Assembly: GCA_028711115.1 (NCBI GenBank)
Contig: JAQTSV010000001.1
Coordinates: 6,032 to 70,031 of the forward strand
DNA: 64,000 bases
Source of the DNA: Candidatus Omnitrophota bacterium
Lineage (GTDB): Bacteria > Omnitrophota > Gorgyraeia > Velamenicoccales > JABMQK01
Reading direction: 5' to 3'
Positions 60,063-64,000 of this stretch are shown here, piece by piece. The notes beneath the pieces were generated by a model that was not told the DNA's origin, did no database searches, and saw nothing but the letters and a program-made list of their open reading frames with translations. A program made the position numbers and the translations under genes. Within the stretch, counting starts at the first letter, position 1. Each line of letters begins with the position of its first letter.

Positions 60063-61280
60063 TTGATGACCACAAACACATATATCGGCGTAGGATTCAG
60101 CAGCCACGCCGACCCTTTAGAAGCAGCAAAAATAGCTTCCTCCCAGGCTAAAAAACAGATCCACCAAAAAAAACCCAACCTAATCATAGTTTTTAGCTCA
60201 GTCCACTTCCAAGGCAGAAAACTCTTGGAAGGTATATGTTATATATTTGGCGAAAATACAAACATTTTGGGCTGCACAGGATCCGGCGTAATTACCGAAG
60301 CCGGCGTCTTGAAATACGGCGTGGCAATAATGGCTATAACCTCTACGAAAATAAAATTTGGTATAGGTGCTGTGCCGCAAATAAATAAAGACCATCCCCG
60401 TGAATCCGGAGAACAATTTGCCCGTTCGGCATTAAAAAACCTCGGCGCACATACCAAAGGCATAGGCCTCATATTTTCCGACGGACTTATAGAAAAAGGC
60501 TCAGAGCTCTTGGACGGAGTCAAAGAAATTCTGGGGCGCAGTTTCCCCATAATCGGCGGTTCGGCAGCGGATAACCTGCATTTCTCCAAAACTTACCAAT
60601 ACTATAATAAAGATACCTTGAATAATGCGCTCATCGGTACTATACTTTCAGGTGAAGGTATTTTTGGTTACGGACTAAAACACGGCTGGAGACCTTTAGG
60701 CAGACCCCATATAGTCACACAATCCAGCGGCAATATCATCCAAAAGATCGAAGATGGCCCGGCCATAGAAATTTATAAAGATTATTTTAAAAAGACCCTG
60801 GAGGAGATAAAATCCCTACTCATACAAATAAGCGTCTTGTATCCTCTGGGAATTTATCTCTCCGAAGAAGAAGAGTATTTATTGCGTAATGTCATGCATA
60901 TTAACCCCGACGGAGGAATTGTCTGCCAGGGTGATGTCCACGAAGGCAGCCAAGTAAGAATAATGCTGGGCACAAAAGAAACCGCCCTGGAAGCTGCGCA
61001 GCAGGCAGCCCTGGAGGCAAAAAACCCGTTCAAACACACTCCTGCCCTCGGGGCGATTGTTTTTGAATCTGTATCGCGCATCAATCTGCTCGGCCACAGG
61101 GCAAATGAAGAAATAAATATCGTAAAAAATACCCTGGGAGAGAATATCCCCTTTATCGGTGTGTGCACTTTCGGCGAACAGGCGCCTCTAAAATCCCTGG
61201 AGTATCGCGGCGAATCGCATTTTCATAATGAAGCCATCGCTATTCTAACCATAGGAGAACGCCATGCCCTGGCTGAATGA
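60063..61280 (+). CDS. FIST-domain (FIST_N + FIST_C) sensor protein
   Basis: 405 aa. ..NLIIVFSSVHF..ILGCTGSGVI..GIGLIFSDGL..PIIGGSAADN.. and a C-terminal ..FIGVCTFGEQAP.. follow the FIST N/C pattern. Its end overlaps the kinase start by 17 nt. Confidence 0.7.
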   Translation: MMTTNTYIGVGFSSHADPLEAAKIASSQAKKQIHQKKPNLIIVFSSVHFQGRKLLEGICYIFGENTNILGCTGSGVITEAGVLKYGVAIMAITSTKIKFGIGAVPQINKDHPRESGEQFARSALKNLGAHTKGIGLIFSDGLIEKGSELLDGVKEILGRSFPIIGGSAADNLHFSKTYQYYNKDTLNNALIGTILSGEGIFGYGLKHGWRPLGRPHIVTQSSGNIIQKIEDGPAIEIYKDYFKKTLEEIKSLLIQISVLYPLGIYLSEEEEYLLRNVMHINPDGGIVCQGDVHEGSQVRIMLGTKETALEAAQQAALEAKNPFKHTPALGAIVFESVSRINLLGHRANEEINIVKNTLGENIPFIGVCTFGEQAPLKSLEYRGESHFHNEAIAILTIGERHALAE

Positions 61281-62811
61281 TTTATTGCAACAAAATGCTA
61301 GGTTAGCAGAGGATATCTTTTATGTAATGGAGCCGTTTCTTTTTCTCGTCGTAATAGCACTAGCGGTGTTTGTACTTTTAAAGAATAAACAAATAAAGAA
61401 ACTCCAGAATTCCCTGCGGGACCTGCAAAGGACTTATCAGGATTTGGATAACCAGGCCAAGCTAATCATAAAAACCGACCTGGAACTGCATAAAACCCAG
61501 AGCGAACTGGATAAAAAAATGTCCGGCCTTTATACTCTGCAAAAAATATCCCGCATATTAAGCACCACCCTGGATGAAAATGAGATATTTACAAAAATTA
61601 CGGCAGAACACATAAGCGAACTGGGATTTGATAAGGCCATGGCTTTTATAACGAGCCCGAGACAATCCTCATCGCCGAATATCATCCCAAATATCAAATC
61701 AAAAATTGGCTATAACGACAAAGACATAGAAGAAATATTTAATAATAAACTGACAAAAGAAATTTTTGACCCTGTAATAAATCATAGCCACGTCATCTCA
61801 AGCCTGGACGCAAAAATTCACCCTAAAGAACTAAGCTCGATTGTAAAAATACTTAAGATACACTCTTTTGTCTGTGCGCCCATCTCCACAAAAGAGGGCA
61901 TAATCGGCGCACTTTTTGTAGGCAGCGAATCCATGTTTTCTCCCATAACCCTGGGCGATAAAGAAATTATCTCCATACTGGCTACCCAGATCGGACAATC
62001 CATAGAAAACGCAAAACTGTTTGAAGAGACGTGGCGTTCGCACCAGGAATTAGAGATAAAGGTAAAAGAACGCACCAAAGAATTAAGCCGCGCACTGGAA
62101 GAAATAAATATCGTCACCAAAAGAAAGAGCGATTTTGTCTCGGCCGTCTCCCACGAACTGCGCACTCCGCTGACTTCCATCAAAGGATATGCTTCGTTAT
62201 TGAGCGCTGGGAAATTGGGCGAGATATCCGCGCCTGTCAAGGAAAGGCTGGAAAAAATAAATAAACATTCGGACAACCTCTCTAACCTCATCACCAATCT
62301 CCTGGACATATCCCGCATAGAAGCAGGCAGAATAGAGATGAAAATAGAAGATGTCAATTTACGCGAAATACTGGATACGCTGGCAGATTTATTCGCACCG
62401 CAATTCAAAGAAAAACAGATAGAATTCCGCAGGGATTTACCCGACGGATTAAATACGATACCCGCGGACAGGGGCCAGCTCCAGCGTGTATTCATAAACC
62501 TCGTCAGCAACGCCTTTAAATTTACCCCTGAAAAAGGGAAAATAACCGTACGGGCAAAAAGAATAGATAATTCTGTGCAGATTGATGTGGAAGACACCGG
62601 CGCAGGCATCAAAAAAGAAAACCTGAACAAAATATTTGAAGAGTTCTACCGCGAAGACAATGAAATAAACCAAAATGTAAAAGGCACAGGGCTTGGCCTT
62701 TCTCTGGTAAAATATATAATTGAGGCGCACAAAGGAAAAATTTGGGCAAATAGTGAATTAAACCGGGGCAGTACTTTCAGTTTTATACTGCCTCTTACAA
62801 GGAGCCAATAA
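61264..62811 (+). CDS. Sensor histidine kinase (TM, coiled coil, GAF, HisKA, HATPase)
   Basis: The H-box is FVSAVSHELRTPLTSIKGYASLL. The ATPase boxes are SNAFKFT, DTGAGI and GTGLGLSLVKY. The central region is GAF-like. Confidence 0.88.
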   Translation: MPWLNDLLQQNARLAEDIFYVMEPFLFLVVIALAVFVLLKNKQIKKLQNSLRDLQRTYQDLDNQAKLIIKTDLELHKTQSELDKKMSGLYTLQKISRILSTTLDENEIFTKITAEHISELGFDKAMAFITSPRQSSSPNIIPNIKSKIGYNDKDIEEIFNNKLTKEIFDPVINHSHVISSLDAKIHPKELSSIVKILKIHSFVCAPISTKEGIIGALFVGSESMFSPITLGDKEIISILATQIGQSIENAKLFEETWRSHQELEIKVKERTKELSRALEEINIVTKRKSDFVSAVSHELRTPLTSIKGYASLLSAGKLGEISAPVKERLEKINKHSDNLSNLITNLLDISRIEAGRIEMKIEDVNLREILDTLADLFAPQFKEKQIEFRRDLPDGLNTIPADRGQLQRVFINLVSNAFKFTPEKGKITVRAKRIDNSVQIDVEDTGAGIKKENLNKIFEEFYREDNEINQNVKGTGLGLSLVKYIIEAHKGKIWANSELNRGSTFSFILPLTRSQ

Positions 62812-63561
62812 ATGAAGAAAAAAATCTTAGTGGTAGACGATGAGCAGGATATAAGGGAAATTATCAAAATCACGCTTACCGACGATGGTTTCGAAGTCAT
62901 AGAGGCAGGCGACGGAAGAACCGCCATTGAATTGGCCAAAAAAGAAAAACCGGATTTAATCACCATGGATGTGATTATGCCCAACATCGACGGCCTTACG
63001 GCAGCAAAAATAATCAAAGAAGACCCCGAGACAAAAGACATACCCATAGTCATACTTTCTGTGTTGAGCCAGGATAAAAACAAATACGTACAGGGAATCT
63101 CGGATTATATCTCCAAACCGTTCAGCCCGGAAGAATTAATGTCAAAGATAAAGGGTGCGATTGAAAAATCCGGCCTATCATCGCGTAATCTGAAAAATAT
63201 CCTTGTTGTCGACGATGAACCTGATGTAATCGATATCGTGACAATCTCTCTCAAAGAAAAGGGATTTAATATGATCAGCGCAAATAACGGTCTGGAAGCA
63301 CTGGAAAGGCTGAAAACATTTATGCCCAATCTTATTATCGTAGACATAAATATGCCGCTGATGAATGGTTTTGAATTAATTAAACACTTAAAGAAAGAAC
63401 CACGATTTAATAATGTGCCCATAGTGGTTTTAACCGGAACTTATCTTTCCAAACAGGACAAAGAACACGGCCTGACCCTGGGCGCCAGCAAATATCTCAC
63501 CAAACCATTCACCATAGAAACACTGGTAAAAGATATTGAGGACATGCTATGCCAAAGTTAA
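62812..63561 (+). CDS. Response regulator with two tandem receiver (REC) domains and no output domain
   Basis: REC1 is KKILVVDDEQD..LITMDVIMPNIDG..ISKPFSPEEL. REC2 is KNILVVDDEPD..LIIVDINMPLMNG..LTKPFTIETL. Confidence 0.88.
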   Translation: MKKKILVVDDEQDIREIIKITLTDDGFEVIEAGDGRTAIELAKKEKPDLITMDVIMPNIDGLTAAKIIKEDPETKDIPIVILSVLSQDKNKYVQGISDYISKPFSPEELMSKIKGAIEKSGLSSRNLKNILVVDDEPDVIDIVTISLKEKGFNMISANNGLEALERLKTFMPNLIIVDINMPLMNGFELIKHLKKEPRFNNVPIVVLTGTYLSKQDKEHGLTLGASKYLTKPFTIETLVKDIEDMLCQS

Positions 63562-64000
63562 AGATTTTGGTTGTGGATGATGATCCGGATATCCGTGATG
63601 TGCTGAAAATCACACTCACCGAGGAAGGATATGAAGTGATAGAGGCCCCCGATGGCCAGGAAGGCTTAAAACTTGCCCAGACAAAAAGCCCTGACCTGGT
63701 TATTGTAGACTTCAAGATGCCCAAGCTCGACGGACGCCAGGTCTGCAAAGAACTGAAAAAAGATATCCTCTTAAGCCATATGCCTATAATCATGCTCACC
63801 GGCAAAAGCGATGTTTCCGACAAGGTAGGCGGAATTTATGCCGGGGCAGATGATTATATTGTAAAGCCGTTTGAGCCGCAGGAATTAATCGCCAGAATCA
63901 GTATGACTATCCGCAGGGCCAAGCATGACCTCGAGGCAAATCCTCTTACGCGGCTGCCGGGGAATGTCTCCATCTTAAATGAAATCCAAAAAAGAATCGA
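63549..64000 (+). CDS. Response regulator (REC) with the start of a GGDEF-like output domain; truncated by the right window edge
   Basis: Hand translation from the ATG at 63549 gives MPKLKILVVDDDPDIRDVL..LVIVDFKMPKLDG..DDYIVKPFEPQEL..EANPLTRLPGNVSILNEIQKRI. The xPLTxLPxN segment is the usual beginning of GGDEF domains. The ORF is open to the window end, so it is not in the track. Confidence 0.75.
   Translation, partial: MPKLKILVVDDDPDIRDVLKITLTEEGYEVIEAPDGQEGLKLAQTKSPDLVIVDFKMPKLDGRQVCKELKKDILLSHMPIIMLTGKSDVSDKVGGIYAGADDYIVKPFEPQELIARISMTIRRAKHDLEANPLTRLPGNVSILNEIQKRI

Noticed and set aside
1-64000. CRISPR arrays, rRNA genes, prophage or integron signatures.
   Set aside because: I saw no regularly spaced direct repeats, no rRNA-like conserved stretches and no integrase, terminase or capsid-like ORFs anywhere in the window.

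Overview
The window is almost entirely coding and most genes are on the minus strand. (1) Positions 1-32991 form one uninterrupted minus-strand reading frame of 10,997 codons. It starts at the ATG at 32991 and has no stop before the left edge, so the real gene is larger. The supplied ORF track omits it only because it has no in-window stop; the + strand ORFs listed over this span are antisense shadows. My hand translation shows a mosaic giant protein. From N- to C-terminus it has a signal/anchor plus a C39-like cysteine peptidase, a PG-binding domain, a ~1,500-aa beta-rich region, a ~1,100-aa glycine-zipper poly-TM block and an HExxH motif. Then come many modules punctuated by SSSP[ILV] linkers, including a triosephosphate-isomerase (TIM) domain, a protein-kinase-like domain and a lytic transglycosylase preceded by a fossil lipoprotein signal. 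It ends in-window with a second poly-TM block, a long coiled coil, two PG-binding-like repeats and an M23 endopeptidase. (2) Directly upstream and co-oriented (7-nt gap) is a Tad/Flp-type pilus/secretion locus. It contains tadC, tadB, nine Flp-type pilin paralogues (one an unlisted 56-aa gene) and TadE/TadG-like pseudopilins. Further upstream lie CpaB, a secretin with a C-terminal TonB-like domain, and a CpaE::CpaF fusion ATPase. (3) A Pho island splits the Tad locus: phoB-phoR, a second OmpR-type regulator, a porin, pstSCAB-phoU, a DUF192 gene and a 514-aa orphan. (4) The right end carries a parvulin-type PPIase lipoprotein, tRNA-Glu(CUC), and a + strand signalling operon (FIST, GAF-histidine kinase, REC-REC, and a REC-GGDEF-like gene truncated by the window). 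A giant gene next to a Tad-like machine resembles, from my memory of the literature, reports for Omnitrophota-like predatory or epibiotic bacteria. Taxonomy cannot be established from this window. I saw no rRNA, CRISPR array or convincing mobile element.
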